From a bacterium (GTDB lineage Bacteria; Zhuqueibacterota; Zhuqueibacteria; Oceanimicrobiales; Oceanimicrobiaceae): a stretch of DNA of 64,000 bases. Positions 63,719-64,000 of this stretch are shown piece after piece. The stretch lies in assembly GCA_046758365.1 (NCBI GenBank), contig JBHIAC010000002.1, positions 3,836-67,835 on the forward strand, in the 5' to 3' direction. The number at the start of each line of letters is the position of its first letter. Positions within the stretch are counted from its first letter, which is position 1. Below the pieces are notes generated by a model. It saw only the letters and a program-made list of their open reading frames with translations, made no database searches and was not told the origin of the DNA. Made by a program: the position numbers and the translations under genes.

Positions 63719-63919
63719 ATAATTTCCATCCTTTATTTAATCTCTTGATTCTCCAATAATTTCAAAATGGGAATCTAATAAGTATTAAGTCCTTGTTTTT
63801 AAGTATAGGCATTGAGATATAAAAGGCTCTGAATGACAGAAGGACTAAGTATCATTCAAAGAGAAATGCTCAATGGATCGATAAATCTAATTAACAAGAA
63901 GCATTTATTTTAAAATAAA

Positions 63920-64000
63920 TTATAGAGGTCCTGATATGCCACCGTCTTTTCTAATTCGCCAAAAATGTACAGCAGTAAAGATAGCTAAAAATAAAGGTAA
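63920..64000 (-). CDS. 3' end of cytochrome b6-like N-terminal subunit (truncated by window edge)
   Basis: Minus strand reads LPLFLAIFTAVHFWRIRKDGGISGPL*, the typical cyt b6 C-terminus. Confidence 0.85.
   Translation of the reverse strand, partial: LPLFLAIFTAVHFWRIRKDGGISGPL

Overview
Bacterial chromosomal window. Gene content (PorV-like barrel, proteins ending in YPNPF...WDG T9SS/FlgD-type C-terminal domains, DUF5916, split Rieske/cytochrome b subunits) points to an FCB-superphylum organism, plausibly candidate division KSB1 or Calditrichota; this is inference only. Left to right: a secreted protein, PorV-TPR, an RsbW-HAMP-PP2C fusion and a STAS gene; obgE-dprA; four tRNAs around gltX; an accessory stretch at 12-24 kb (TIR-like + 3TM pair, second PP2C, tandem tex-like remnants, degQ, attC-bounded cupin, MATE, AT-rich three-gene cassette); a TolC-MFP-RND efflux operon; a selenocysteine AhpD-like gene; ClC; an ECF sigma/anti-sigma/RseB trio followed by an MFP-DUF5916-RND-RND module bracketed by two inverted MITE-like copies; metabolic singletons; and the distal part of a cytochrome b / octaheme cytochrome c / cupredoxin respiratory cluster. 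Best candidates for new biology: (1) a partner-switching system in which both the kinase-phosphatase and the STAS protein carry IS481-transposase-like HTH domains; (2) a TIR-like + membrane-effector pair behind a promoter/leader that recurs at 56.2 kb; (3) an AT-rich three-gene cassette ending in a MazF/PemK-like gene. All family assignments come from motif recognition by eye; no searches were run.
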